NCBI GenBank assembly: GCA_044376115.1
Contig: JBILLK010000003.1
Coordinates: 256,001-320,000, forward strand
Direction of reading: 5' to 3'
Length of the DNA: 64,000 nucleotides
DNA from: Polyangiaceae bacterium
Lineage (GTDB): Bacteria > Myxococcota_A > Polyangia > Polyangiales > Polyangiaceae
Shown here one piece after another: positions 1-9,848 of this stretch (position 1 is its first letter; each line of letters begins with the position of its first letter). A model generated the notes under the pieces. It saw only the letters and a list, made by a program, of their open reading frames with translations. It was not told where the DNA came from and did not search any database. The position numbers were made by a program, and so were the translations under genes.

Positions 1-49
1 AACCAAAGGACAAGGGGGGCTCGTTGCATGAAGTCCTGGCGCATCGCCT

Positions 50-490
50 TCACGCGCGCGCCCTTCGACGGCTAAGCTCTGCTCGCACGCGTTCGAGCAC
101 GGGTAAATCGGCTGGCGGGAATTGAAGGCCGTCCAGCTCGTCGATGCCTACCCAGCGCACTTCGTCGGCGTCGAGTGCGCGCGGTTCGGCAGAACGGGCA
201 GTTCGCGCGGCTTCAAAAAACAGCAAGAGGACGTCCTTGGACGGATAGCTGAAGAAGGTTACCTCCATCGGCGCGAGCACCTCACACTCGATGCCGAGCT
301 CTTCCATCAACTCGCGCTGCAACGCGCGTTGTGGCGTCTCCCCGGGCTCGACTTTGCCGCCGGGAAACTCCCAATAAGCCTCCAAGTGCGTGCCTTTCTT
401 CCTCCGTGAAACGAGCACTCGGCCGGCCTCGAGGACGATCCCGGCAGCGACGATGATGGGAGGCTTCCCCCCGCGTGCGTCGTGTGACAT
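50..490 (-). CDS. NUDIX hydrolase, MutT/NudG-like (deoxy)nucleoside triphosphate pyrophosphohydrolase
   Basis: Nudix box WEFPGGKVEPGETPQRALQRELMEELG. Start re-set to ATG 490 because the upstream part of the long ORF is antisense to purM. Confidence 0.88.
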   Translation of the reverse strand: MSHDARGGKPPIIVAAGIVLEAGRVLVSRRKKGTHLEAYWEFPGGKVEPGETPQRALQRELMEELGIECEVLAPMEVTFFSYPSKDVLLLFFEAARTARSAEPRALDADEVRWVGIDELDGLQFPPADLPVLERVRAELSRRRARA

Positions 491-499
491 GGCTTGGGC

Positions 500-1534
500 A
501 TGCCCATCACATATCGGGACGCCGGTGTCGACATTGACGCAGGCAACGCGCTCGTCAGCCGAATTGCTCGTCTCGCCAAGCCTACGCGGACGCCCCACGT
601 GCTCGCCGATATCGGTGGCTTCGCCGGGCTTTGCGCGATTCCCCCCGGGCTGAAAGAGCCCATCTTGGTGAGCGGTACGGACGGCGTCGGCACCAAGCTC
701 AAGGTGGCCTTCGCCACTGGCGTCCACGACACGATCGGGATCGATCTGGTGGCCATGTGTGTGAATGACATCGTCACCTGTGGCGCCCAACCGCTCTTTT
801 TCCTCGACTACTTCGGTACTGGCAAGCTCTCGGTCGACGTCGGTGAAGCGGTGATTCGCGGCATTGCAGAGGGCTGCAAACAGGCCGGTTGCGCCCTGCT
901 CGGAGGCGAGACGGCGGAGCTGCCCGGGATGTACGCCGAGGGCGAGTATGACCTCGCGGGTTTCGCCGTGGGCGTGGTCGAGCGCAGCAAGATCATCGAC
1001 GGAAAAGCCTGCAGCGAGGGCGACGTCGTGATCGGCATTGCTTCCTCGGGGCTGCACTCGAACGGCTATTCGCTCGCGCGCCGCGTATTGCTCGAGGAGA
1101 TGAAGTTAGGCCTCAGCGAGTCACTTCCTGGCAGCGACAAGACGGTGGGCGAGTCGCTGCTGGTTCCAACCAAGATCTATGCGCGCACGGTGGCCGCGCT
1201 GTTTGCTGGTCTCGAGGATAAGCTGCACGCGCTTTGCCACGTGACCGGCGGCGGCCTACCGGAGAACCTGCCTCGCGTGCTGCCCGAAGGCTTGGGCGCT
1301 CACTTGAACCTGGCTTCCTACGAGCGGCCGCTCATCTTCCAGGTGATCCAAAAGGGTGGGCCGGTGGAGGAGGCCGAGATGTTGCGGACCTTCAATGTCG
1401 GCGTTGGGCTTGTGCTGGTGGTTGCCCGCGACGCGGCCGATCAGGCGCTCGAGGTTGCGCGCGCCGCCGGTGAAACCGCTTGGGTGCTCGGGGAGATCGT
1501 CAAGGCGAGCGGAGCCCGCGTCACCTTCGCTTAG
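500..1534 (+). CDS. purM: Phosphoribosylformylglycinamidine cyclo-ligase (AIR synthetase)
   Basis: YRDAGVDID, GTDGVGTK, DLVAMCVND, GGETAELP, SSGLHSNGYS, HVTGGG, TFNVGVG motifs. Confidence 0.97.
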   Translation: MPITYRDAGVDIDAGNALVSRIARLAKPTRTPHVLADIGGFAGLCAIPPGLKEPILVSGTDGVGTKLKVAFATGVHDTIGIDLVAMCVNDIVTCGAQPLFFLDYFGTGKLSVDVGEAVIRGIAEGCKQAGCALLGGETAELPGMYAEGEYDLAGFAVGVVERSKIIDGKACSEGDVVIGIASSGLHSNGYSLARRVLLEEMKLGLSESLPGSDKTVGESLLVPTKIYARTVAALFAGLEDKLHALCHVTGGGLPENLPRVLPEGLGAHLNLASYERPLIFQVIQKGGPVEEAEMLRTFNVGVGLVLVVARDAADQALEVARAAGETAWVLGEIVKASGARVTFA

Positions 1535-1558
1535 TGCTCTGCCCCAAGAGGTGCAGGC

Positions 1559-1984
1559 TCAGATCTGCACCTCTTGCAGCTCGATCCCGAGCTTCTCGGC
1601 AAACTCGAAGATGCGCTCGTCGCGGTAGAACTCATTGAAGGCGATGCGGGTGATCCCGGCGTTGGCGATCATCTTGAAGCAGTTCCAGCACGGCGACGCC
1701 GTCACGTAGATGGTCGACTGGTCGATGCGAACGCCGTTGCGGGCCGCTTGAATGATGGCGTTGTTCTCCGCGTGGATGGTGCGCACGCAGTGATTGTCCA
1801 CCATCATGTGACCTACTTCGTCGCAGTGCGGCAGGCCTCGGATGCTGCCGTTGTAGCCCGAGGCGAGGATCGACTTGTCGCGCACGATCACTGCCCCAAC
1901 ATGTTTGCGATCGCAGGTCGCCCGCGTGGAAACTTCCTTGGCGATGCGCATGAAGTACTCGTCCCAGCTAGCTCGGTTCGACAT
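1559..1984 (-). CDS. dCMP deaminase / ComEB-family zinc deaminase
   Basis: WDEYFM, RATCDRKHVGAVIV, GYNG, HAENNA, PCWNC. Confidence 0.92.
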   Translation of the reverse strand: MSNRASWDEYFMRIAKEVSTRATCDRKHVGAVIVRDKSILASGYNGSIRGLPHCDEVGHMMVDNHCVRTIHAENNAIIQAARNGVRIDQSTIYVTASPCWNCFKMIANAGITRIAFNEFYRDERIFEFAEKLGIELQEVQI

Positions 1985-2092
1985 TCAGCACCCTTACGCT
2001 GAAGATTCGGCGAAACCAAGGCTCTACGCGGGCCAGGCAGCTGGCTCCGCGTCGGGGTTGCTGCGGAGCGCCGCGTTCATTAGCGAGAGGCG

Positions 2093-3373
2093 ATGAGCGA
2101 ACCGCAGCGGCAGATTCTGATTCTCGGCTCCGGCGCGCGGGAGCACTCGATCGCCGATGCGATTCTGCGCTTTGATAGCGCCCGCCGCGTCGTGGTCGCG
2201 CCAGGCAACGGCGGTATCTCGGGCGCTGGGCTTTCGAGTCAGGCGGTGGACCTCGGGAATCACGCGCAGGTGATCGCGCTCGCCCAATCGCTGGCGGCGG
2301 AGCTCGTGATCGTCGGCCCGGAAGCACCTCTGTGTGACGGTATCGTCGATAGCCTCGAGGCGGCCGGCTTTGCCGTGTTCGGCCCGTCCAAGGCTGCGGC
2401 GCAGCTCGAGGCTTCCAAGGCCTTCCTCAAGAGCTTTGCGGCGCGGCATCGCATCCCAACCGCGCCCTTCGAGATCGTCACGAGCTTCGCCGAAGCCGAG
2501 GCAGCGATCCTCCGGCGTGGGGCGCCGATCGTGGTGAAGGCCTCGGGCCTTTGTTCGGGCAAGGGCGTGGTGGTTGCGACCACGGTGGAAGAAGCGCTGG
2601 CCGCCGCAAAGTCGATGTTGGTCGATCGGATTTTTGGCGCTGCTGCCGATGAGGTCGTGCTGGAAGACTGCCTGCCGGGGACCGAGGCGAGCGTGTTTGC
2701 GCTCTCGGATGGTGAGCGGTTCCTGGTGTTGCCGCCGTTCCGCGATCACAAGCGCCTGCTCGACGATGACCGCGGTCCCAACACCGGCGGCATGGGCGTG
2801 GTCGGTCCGGTGGAGGAGCTTTCGGCGGAGACGCTGAGCCGCATCACGAGCGAGATCATCGAGCCGACGCTCGCGGGTATGCGCAAAGAAGGAGCGCCTT
2901 TTCGTGGGGTGCTGTTCGCGGGGGTGATGATCGACGCGGACGGCGTGCCCTCGCTGCTCGAGCACAACGTGCGCTTTGGCGATCCCGAGTGTGAAGCGCT
3001 GATGTCGCTGCTCGAGGGCGACGTGCTTGGGGCGCTCGCGGGCTGTGCAACGCGCAACTTGAATGCCGAGCTGCTTTCGATTCCGAAGGGCCGTCATGCG
3101 GCTGTAGTCATCCTCGCTGCCGAGGGCTACCCGATGAATCCGAGGTCGGGGGACCCGATCGAGGGTCTCGAGCAAGCAGCGGATCTAGGCGCCAAGGTCT
3201 TTCATGCGGGAACGGCTCGAAGCGGCGAGGGCCTGGTGACGAAGGGTGGTCGGGTGTTGGCGGTGACAGCGTGCGGGTCGAGCCGAGAAGCTGCTCGCGA
3301 GGTCGCCTACGCTGCTGCGGACGTCATTCAATTTCGCGGCAAACAGTTGCGCCGGGACATTGGTGCTCGGTGA
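2093..3373 (+). CDS. purD: Phosphoribosylamine--glycine ligase
   Basis: GSGAREH, APGNGG, GPEAPL, LEASKAF, DHKRL..GPNTGGMG, RFGDPE, HAGT, GGRVL. Confidence 0.97.
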   Translation: MSEPQRQILILGSGAREHSIADAILRFDSARRVVVAPGNGGISGAGLSSQAVDLGNHAQVIALAQSLAAELVIVGPEAPLCDGIVDSLEAAGFAVFGPSKAAAQLEASKAFLKSFAARHRIPTAPFEIVTSFAEAEAAILRRGAPIVVKASGLCSGKGVVVATTVEEALAAAKSMLVDRIFGAAADEVVLEDCLPGTEASVFALSDGERFLVLPPFRDHKRLLDDDRGPNTGGMGVVGPVEELSAETLSRITSEIIEPTLAGMRKEGAPFRGVLFAGVMIDADGVPSLLEHNVRFGDPECEALMSLLEGDVLGALAGCATRNLNAELLSIPKGRHAAVVILAAEGYPMNPRSGDPIEGLEQAADLGAKVFHAGTARSGEGLVTKGGRVLAVTACGSSREAAREVAYAAADVIQFRGKQLRRDIGAR

Positions 3374-4062
3374 GTTCAGGCCGGCTCCAGCTGCTCGAGG
3401 AGAGCGAGCAGCTGCTGTTCGTCGCCAAACCTTCCGGCTGGGTGGTTCACCGCGGATTTTCTGGTGACGAGTGGACCGTCCTCAGCGAGCTGCGGCAAAT
3501 GGGCTACCGCGAGCTGCATCCGGCGCATCGACTGGACCGCGGGACGAGCGGCGTATTGGTGATCGCTAAAACGGTGGAGATGGCGCGCGAGCTGCAGCAG
3601 GCGTTCGCTGAGGAGAAGGTCCACAAGCTTTATTGGGCCGTGGTCCGCGGGCTGCCTGCTGAACCAAACTTCGACGTCGATCACGCCATTCCTTGTGACG
3701 AAGGCGGTCCACGTGTCCCTGCGCGCACGCTGGGCAAGCTGCTTTCGACCACTGTGCTCAGCGATTCTCCGCTGCGGGAGAAGCGTTATTCGTTGATGGC
3801 TGCTGAGCCAAAGACCGGCCGGTTTCATCAGGTGCGGCGGCACCTAAAGCACCTTGGGCACCCTGTGCTCGGCGACACCACCTACGGCCGCAGTGAACAC
3901 AACGCGCTGCTGCGCGAACGTTGCGGCCTCGAGCGCCTGGCCTTGCACGCTCGCTCGATCGAGCTGCAGCTACGCAGCGGTACGGTGCGCGTCGAGGCGC
4001 CTTTACCTGAGGATCTGTCCATGCCGATGCGCCGGCTCGGGCTCGAATGGCCGGCGAGCTAG
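3370..4062 (+). CDS. RluA-family pseudouridine synthase (TruC-like)
   Basis: KPSGWVVH, HRLDRGTSG, KTGRFHQVRRH, HPVLGD..YG, LALHA. GTG start overlaps the purD stop (GTGA). Confidence 0.9.
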   Translation: MSSGRLQLLEESEQLLFVAKPSGWVVHRGFSGDEWTVLSELRQMGYRELHPAHRLDRGTSGVLVIAKTVEMARELQQAFAEEKVHKLYWAVVRGLPAEPNFDVDHAIPCDEGGPRVPARTLGKLLSTTVLSDSPLREKRYSLMAAEPKTGRFHQVRRHLKHLGHPVLGDTTYGRSEHNALLRERCGLERLALHARSIELQLRSGTVRVEAPLPEDLSMPMRRLGLEWPAS

Positions 4063-4565
4063 CCAGTGCGTCTGTGACCCGTGGTGTCCAACGTGCACTC
4101 GTCTCGGAACTGGGTGATGAGCCGGACCAACTCCGTCGGCTCGCCGTCTCTTCGGACGCGCGCAATGTGCTCGGCACCGGCACGAACTTCGTCCACCAGC
4201 GCGATCTGGGTGCGCGGACGGACCGCGCGGATCGCCATGCTGGCCACCGACCGAACCATGGCGTTGAGGAAGCCTTGGGTCATGATCGCAACCGACGCGG
4301 CGATGATGCGCCCGTCGTAATCGCGCATTAGGCTCTTCAGTTCCCGCTCGAGCGCCGAGCGGTCGCGACTGGCTGGACCGACCTCCGCTAGATGGACGAG
4401 CGCAGCGCGCTGAGGACCTACAGCCTCGATCACCCGGTCGAGGGCACGCCGATACGCCGCGAATGCGCTGAGCGGAGGGGGCTCGGTAAAGCGCACCAAG
4501 ACCACGTCTCTCGACGTGGCGATCTGTGCTGAGTCTGTACGCAATACCCAGGAAATAGCGGCCAT
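4059..4565 (-). CDS. Hypothetical protein, STAS/SEC14-like alpha/beta family typical of myxobacteria
   Basis: 168-aa ORF filling the gap; pattern AASVAIMTQGFLNAMVRSV resembles this family. Family call tentative. Confidence 0.55.
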   Translation of the reverse strand: MAAISWVLRTDSAQIATSRDVVLVRFTEPPPLSAFAAYRRALDRVIEAVGPQRAALVHLAEVGPASRDRSALERELKSLMRDYDGRIIAASVAIMTQGFLNAMVRSVASMAIRAVRPRTQIALVDEVRAGAEHIARVRRDGEPTELVRLITQFRDECTLDTTGHRRTG

Positions 4566-4571
4566 AGGGAC

Positions 4572-5243
4572 TCAGGTCTTTGTCGACCCGGTACCTGCGT
4601 TGGTAACACCTGGAATTGCCCCCTGCATCCGTGGTTTTCCCGACGAACGAAGCGTTAGCGACCTTGCCACGAACATCTCGAAGACACGATTGAGCTCCTG
4701 GGCAACCTGGGGCCCCTCGAGAATGGCCAAGGCTCGGCCGATGGCTTCGATCGTGGATAACGTTCCTTCCCGGGGGTTGCGCCGAAGCCTGTAGCGCGAA
4801 GGTTCTCCACCGCTTGGCAGCGTTACGCGCGTGGCTTCGCGCGCATCCGGATCACGGCGGGCCGTGCGCTGGGCCTGGCTCCAGTTCCCGTCGGGAACAA
4901 TCAACACCACCGGGCCGTCCTTTGCGTGCTCGGGCGTGAGCACTTCCGCGTCTTCGTAGGGAAAGAGCACCAAACGCCGGCCCTCTGGCAACGCCTCACG
5001 CGGCGGTTGGTTGGGCAGGCCGCGGATCAGAATCTGGCCACGAACGAGTGAACGCATGGCGAGCCGGCCGGTATTGGTCGTCCGCCGTTGCTCGACGTGG
5101 TGCATGATCAGCACAACGGCGCAATTGGTCTTGAGCCGCGGCAACTCCCCGCAAATACATAGGTCCAGCGGGAGTCCGCACCAGGAACAGCGCGGCAAGC
5201 GGTTCTCGACGCGTTTGGAAGCAGGAATAGCGCCGTATTGCAC
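4572..5243 (-). CDS. DTW-domain tRNA-uridine aminocarboxypropyltransferase (TapT-like)
   Basis: CSWC..LCIC zinc motif, H..E..RTTNTGRL, LVLFP, PDGNW, LSTIEA. Confidence 0.88.
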   Translation of the reverse strand: MQYGAIPASKRVENRLPRCSWCGLPLDLCICGELPRLKTNCAVVLIMHHVEQRRTTNTGRLAMRSLVRGQILIRGLPNQPPREALPEGRRLVLFPYEDAEVLTPEHAKDGPVVLIVPDGNWSQAQRTARRDPDAREATRVTLPSGGEPSRYRLRRNPREGTLSTIEAIGRALAILEGPQVAQELNRVFEMFVARSLTLRSSGKPRMQGAIPGVTNAGTGSTKT

Positions 5244-5334
5244 GGCCTGGGATCAACCTCCTGCAACTCCGCGTCAACTCATCCGCGTGCTGTCCAAGCT
5301 TGATGGCCTCTACGAGTGAGGCTAAGCCAGCCTT

Positions 5335-6951
5335 ATGAGTGTAGGGGCAAGCGTGATGACCGCTGAGTCGAAGCGGACGGATAGTTCTTTGGTGATCGAG
5401 TGTTTTGAGCCCGCCACACGCCGAAAGCTGGGCGAGGTTGCGGTCACGCGGCCCGATGAGGTGAAGCAGGTCGTGCTGAAGGCGCGGCGCGCTCAGCAGC
5501 AGTTCCGCTCCACGAGCTTCGCTGAGCGACGCGAGTTGCTCGGCGCCATCCTCGATCACGTGCTCGAGCACGCCGACGAGCTGTGCGAGTTCATCGTTCG
5601 GGATGCCGGTAAAACGCGTGAAAACGCGATGCTCGGTGAGATCTGGCCGGTGTGCGAGAAGCTGCGTCACACGATGCAATCGGGTGAAGAGGCGTTGCTC
5701 CCGGAGACGGTTTCTTCGGGCATGTTCCCGCACAAGCGTGCCGAGATTCGCTACATCCCCCTGGGAGTCATCGGCATCATCGCTCCTTGGAACTATCCGC
5801 TCCAAAACCTGCTCGGGCCCGCTATCCCGGCCTTGTTCGCCGGCAACGCGGTGGTGATCAAAGCAAGCGAAGCCGTCGCCTGGTCGACCGAGCGTTTTCA
5901 GCAGATCTTCGACGCCGCGCTCGACAAGGTTGGGCTGCCGCGCGCGTTGGTTCAGATCATCAATGGCTACGGCGCAACCGGCGCCGCGTTGGTTTCGTCT
6001 GGCGTGGACAAGGTGATCTTCACCGGCTCGATGGCCAACGGCCGCAAAGTGATTGAAGAGAGCGCGAAGTCACTGACGCCGGTGATCCTCGAGCTCGGTG
6101 GCAAAGACGCCTTCATCGTTTGTGATGACGCGAATCTTGAGCAAGCCGCGCACGCTGCGATGGCGGGCGTCTTCATCGCCGCGGGCCAAAACTGTTTGGC
6201 GGCGGAACGATTCATCGTCTTCGACTCGGTGTACGACGCCTTCGTCGGTCGCGTGAAGGCGCTCACCGAGGCCCTGCGCCAAGGGGATCCGCGCGGTGAG
6301 TCGCGGGTGGACCTCGGCGCCATGGCGACGCCGGCGCAACTCCGTGTCGTGGCGGACTTGGTGGATGACGCAGTTCGTCGGGGGGCCCGCGTGCTGGTCG
6401 GTGGTCAGCGTGCGCTCGTTGAGCAAGGAGACTACTTCGCTCCAACCATCCTGGTGGACGTGCCCAAGGATGCCCGCATCCTGCGTGAAGAGACCTTCGG
6501 TCCGGTGATGGTCATTCTGCGTGTGAAGGACGAGGAGGAGGCCATCGCGCTAGCCAACGGGACGGAGTACGGACTTTCCGCCACCGTGATGACCACCGAC
6601 GCCAAGCGAGCCGAGCGTTTCGCCGAGCGCATCGATTCGGGCGGAACCTCGGTCAATGACTTCGGCTTCACCTACATGGCCATGGACCTTCCGTTCGGCG
6701 GAGTTCGTGGTTCCGGCTTCGGGCGGCTCAACGGGCGAGAAGGCATTCGCGCTTGTTGCAACCAGAAGGCGGTGCTCTTCGACAGGCTACCTGTTGGAGC
6801 GCCCTCCAAGCTCTACCCGATCGGTCCTTTCGACTACGACCTCGCTCGCGAAACGATTCGCAGCTTGTACGGTCGCGGCGCGGTGAAGAAGGCGTCGGCA
6901 GTAACCCAACTCGCCAAGACGGCCTGGGCTTCGATTCGCGGTAACACCTGA
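5335..6951 (+). CDS. NAD(P)-dependent aldehyde dehydrogenase
   Basis: PWNYP, FTGS, ELGGKD, GQNC catalytic Cys, EETFGP, PFGG..SGFGR. Confidence 0.95.
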   Translation: MSVGASVMTAESKRTDSSLVIECFEPATRRKLGEVAVTRPDEVKQVVLKARRAQQQFRSTSFAERRELLGAILDHVLEHADELCEFIVRDAGKTRENAMLGEIWPVCEKLRHTMQSGEEALLPETVSSGMFPHKRAEIRYIPLGVIGIIAPWNYPLQNLLGPAIPALFAGNAVVIKASEAVAWSTERFQQIFDAALDKVGLPRALVQIINGYGATGAALVSSGVDKVIFTGSMANGRKVIEESAKSLTPVILELGGKDAFIVCDDANLEQAAHAAMAGVFIAAGQNCLAAERFIVFDSVYDAFVGRVKALTEALRQGDPRGESRVDLGAMATPAQLRVVADLVDDAVRRGARVLVGGQRALVEQGDYFAPTILVDVPKDARILREETFGPVMVILRVKDEEEAIALANGTEYGLSATVMTTDAKRAERFAERIDSGGTSVNDFGFTYMAMDLPFGGVRGSGFGRLNGREGIRACCNQKAVLFDRLPVGAPSKLYPIGPFDYDLARETIRSLYGRGAVKKASAVTQLAKTAWASIRGNT

Positions 6952-6961
6952 GGTCGTCCCG

Positions 6962-9262
6962 GTGGCGGTCGTTTGGTTTCAGAAAGAGATCCCACCCTGG
7001 CTTCCGCCGCTCGCGGATGCTCTGGGTGTGGTCGTCACCGGCTTTGATCCGCGCTCGATTACGACTCGCAACGACCCGTTCGTAGTGCTGCTCGATGCTC
7101 GCGAGGAGGACCCGGAGATGCTCGCGAGGCGTGCTCGCGAGGCGTTTGGCGCAGAAGCCGTGCTCGTTGCGCTCACAGGGCTCGAGGGGCTTCCGGACTC
7201 GGTCAAGCCGCTCGTGGACGTTTCTGCGGCGGCCGCGACGCATGTGGTTTTGCCGGTGCTGCGGCTGGCGCTCACGCTCGCTTCAGAACGCCGCAAACGT
7301 CGAACAGCTGAGTCCCGCGTCGCCCATCTGCGCAGCCAACCCTCGAGTGATCGCATCGCCTTCGACCTCGGTGGGGCAGCGCTCGCAGCCGCTCGCCTGG
7401 GCGTCGTCATGTTCGATAACACGCTCACCTGCCGCGTATGGAATCGCTTCCTCGAGCAACGGCTAGGGATTCCGGCGCAGGAGGTGCTCGGCCGGCGGCT
7501 CGACAAGTTCGCCCTCGCGTTGCCGCTCCACGAGCTCGCAGAGAAGGCCCTGGCTGGAGATCTGGTCGACACCGGCGAGGTGCGGACGCAGGACCCAACC
7601 ACAGGCGCTGTGCTGTGGCTGCACGTGATTGCCAACCCCATCTACGACGACGCCGGCGAGGTCCCTCGCGGCGTTGCTGCCGTCGTGCGCGACCTCACGC
7701 CCCAGCGAGTCGCCGAGGAGTTGCGCTACCAGACCGAGCGTGAATTCCGAGCGTTGCTCGACGCGCTGCTCGAGGCAGGCATCGTGCACGTGGACGGGCG
7801 CATCGCCTTCGCCAACGCAACGACGGCGACCTTGACTCGACACGGGGACGCAGCCGACTTCATTGGCCGCACGTTCGTCGAGCTCTTCTCGGCCGAAGAT
7901 CGAAAGGCCGCGCTCGAGCATGTTCGTGGGGCCATGACGGGCGCGCGAATGCCTCCGCAGGAGCTGCGACTGCTGCGTAAAGACGGCAGCATGCTGGTGG
8001 TGGAGATGACCTCGGCCCTCGTGCATTTCGACGGGCGAGCCAGCGTCTTTTCGGTCGCGCGCGACGTGACCGAACGCAAAGAGTTGCAAGAACGTGTAGC
8101 CACGACGGACAGGCTCGTATCCATGGGCGTGCTCGCCGCTGGCGTTGCCCATGAGATCAACAACCCGCTGACCGCGTTGGTATCGAGCCTCGATTTCCTC
8201 GATGAGGAGATCGACCGCTTGGTGGTACCGCGCTTGGAGGCCAACAACGGTGAGCAGGAAGAGATCCACGATCTGCTGCTGACCAGCAAAGAGGCCACCT
8301 ACAGGATCCGCGACATCGTGCGAGATCTGCGGCTCTTCACGCGGCCGCATGAGGAGCGCTCCTCCACGGTTGATTTGCGGGAGACGCTCGATTCGACAGC
8401 CCGCCTCGCGCGCATCGAGATCCGGCATCGTGCACGGCTGGTGAAGGAGTTTCGTCCCGTTCCGCTCGTTCACGGCAATGAGGCGCGGCTGGGGCAGGTT
8501 TTCCTCAACCTCGTGATGAACGCAGCCCAAGCGATCGCTGAGGGAGAGGTCGAGCGCAACGAGATCACGCTGGCGACCGATACGGACGAGCAGGGCAACG
8601 CCGTGGTCGAGGTGCGTGATACAGGCCGCGGTATCTCGCCCACCATCCTGCCGCATATCTTCGAGCCGTTCTTCACGACCAAGCCAGTCGGTGTCGGCAC
8701 CGGCTTGGGACTATCGATCTCGCGGCGCATCATCCAAAGCGCCGGAGGTCAGCTGGAGGCTCACAGCGAGCCAGGCAAAGGCGCTGTTTTCCGTGTCACC
8801 TTGCCGGCGCTGACCGTGCGAACGCCCGTTTTCGCGAGTGACGCTCCTCGTCGCAACATCGTCGCGCGCGGCCGCCTGTTGGTCGTCGACGATGACGTGG
8901 CCGTTCGGCGCGCACTCATTCGCATCTTGGGGGACGGTCACGACGTGGTGACGGTGAGCTCTGGCGCCGAGGCGATTGAGACCGTGCTCTGGGGAGAACG
9001 GTTCGACGTGATCCTGTGCGACCTAATGATGCCGCGGGTAACCGGAGATCGTTGTTATGAGCGAGTGCTCGAGATCGCTCCCGAGCAAGCGCGCAGATTC
9101 GTTTTCATGACGGGCGGGGCGTTCACTCCCAGCGCCCGCGCGTTCTTGGAGAAGACCAACGCGCCACTGATTGAAAAGCCGTTCGACCTCAACTTGCTGC
9201 GCAACGTGATTCAGGAGGTGATGACCATCCCTGTGCGCAACAGTGAACTACCTGCTCGTTAG
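6962..9262 (+). CDS. PAS-PAS hybrid sensor histidine kinase/response regulator
   Basis: Two PAS-like regions; H-box AHEINNPL; NAAQA, DTGRG, FFTTK, GTGLGL; C-terminal REC (VVDDD, CDLMMP, EKPF). Confidence 0.93.
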   Translation: MAVVWFQKEIPPWLPPLADALGVVVTGFDPRSITTRNDPFVVLLDAREEDPEMLARRAREAFGAEAVLVALTGLEGLPDSVKPLVDVSAAAATHVVLPVLRLALTLASERRKRRTAESRVAHLRSQPSSDRIAFDLGGAALAAARLGVVMFDNTLTCRVWNRFLEQRLGIPAQEVLGRRLDKFALALPLHELAEKALAGDLVDTGEVRTQDPTTGAVLWLHVIANPIYDDAGEVPRGVAAVVRDLTPQRVAEELRYQTEREFRALLDALLEAGIVHVDGRIAFANATTATLTRHGDAADFIGRTFVELFSAEDRKAALEHVRGAMTGARMPPQELRLLRKDGSMLVVEMTSALVHFDGRASVFSVARDVTERKELQERVATTDRLVSMGVLAAGVAHEINNPLTALVSSLDFLDEEIDRLVVPRLEANNGEQEEIHDLLLTSKEATYRIRDIVRDLRLFTRPHEERSSTVDLRETLDSTARLARIEIRHRARLVKEFRPVPLVHGNEARLGQVFLNLVMNAAQAIAEGEVERNEITLATDTDEQGNAVVEVRDTGRGISPTILPHIFEPFFTTKPVGVGTGLGLSISRRIIQSAGGQLEAHSEPGKGAVFRVTLPALTVRTPVFASDAPRRNIVARGRLLVVDDDVAVRRALIRILGDGHDVVTVSSGAEAIETVLWGERFDVILCDLMMPRVTGDRCYERVLEIAPEQARRFVFMTGGAFTPSARAFLEKTNAPLIEKPFDLNLLRNVIQEVMTIPVRNSELPAR

Positions 9263-9269
9263 CGTTGGT

Positions 9270-9848
9270 TCAGACGATGCGCAGCGGCTTCTTCGGATCG
9301 AGCATGTAGCCTTCGTTGCGGGTCAGCAGGCAGGAGTCGAGGCCGAGGGTTCGCAGCGTCCAAACCGCTGTGTAGACGCGTCGGACCTGAGACTCGTAAG
9401 GGATCTTCTCGCCCGGCCAGCCAAGTTGAAACAGGTCGTTGACCGAGAGCGTGACCCCCGGCTGGGTTGCACGATGTTGCGCCAAAGAGAGCAGAATCCG
9501 TCGAACGGCGCCGCGACGCCCCATATCAATCTTCGGGCCGCCGAGCTGAAACCAAGTGCCGTCTTCGGCGATCGCGATCCCCTCGGACTCGGTGGCTTCA
9601 AGCGCTACACCCAGCGCCAGGAACAGCTCGCGCGCCTCGCGAAGTTCGGCCCGAAGTACGGCGTCGGGATTGGTGACTGCACCGCCGTTCACGCTGGCTA
9701 GCACCCGACGGGCGGCTGCAAGCAGCTCCGTTAGGCCCAGCTCCATCAAGCTGGGCGTGTCGTTTCCGCGTTGGACCGAAGTTCCTTCGATCGCGGGGAG
9801 CGTCTCGTCGGTGGAGAGGGTCAGAGGAAGCGATTGGGCGTCGAGCAT
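9270..9848 (-). CDS. Hypothetical protein with C-terminal winged-helix-like (OmpR/PhoB-type) domain
   Basis: RRILLSL...LSVNDLFQLGWPGE...RRVYTAVWTLRTLG...GYML resembles a trans_reg_C fold. ATG at 9848 follows AGGGAC. Confidence 0.6.
   Translation of the reverse strand: MLDAQSLPLTLSTDETLPAIEGTSVQRGNDTPSLMELGLTELLAAARRVLASVNGGAVTNPDAVLRAELREARELFLALGVALEATESEGIAIAEDGTWFQLGGPKIDMGRRGAVRRILLSLAQHRATQPGVTLSVNDLFQLGWPGEKIPYESQVRRVYTAVWTLRTLGLDSCLLTRNEGYMLDPKKPLRIV

Noticed and set aside
1..49. Possible start of a minus-strand gene at 29
   Set aside because: Too little sequence to support a call.
491..1057. N-terminal extension of the 335-aa ORF 50..1057(-)
   Set aside because: Antisense shadow of purM; only the NUDIX part is credible.
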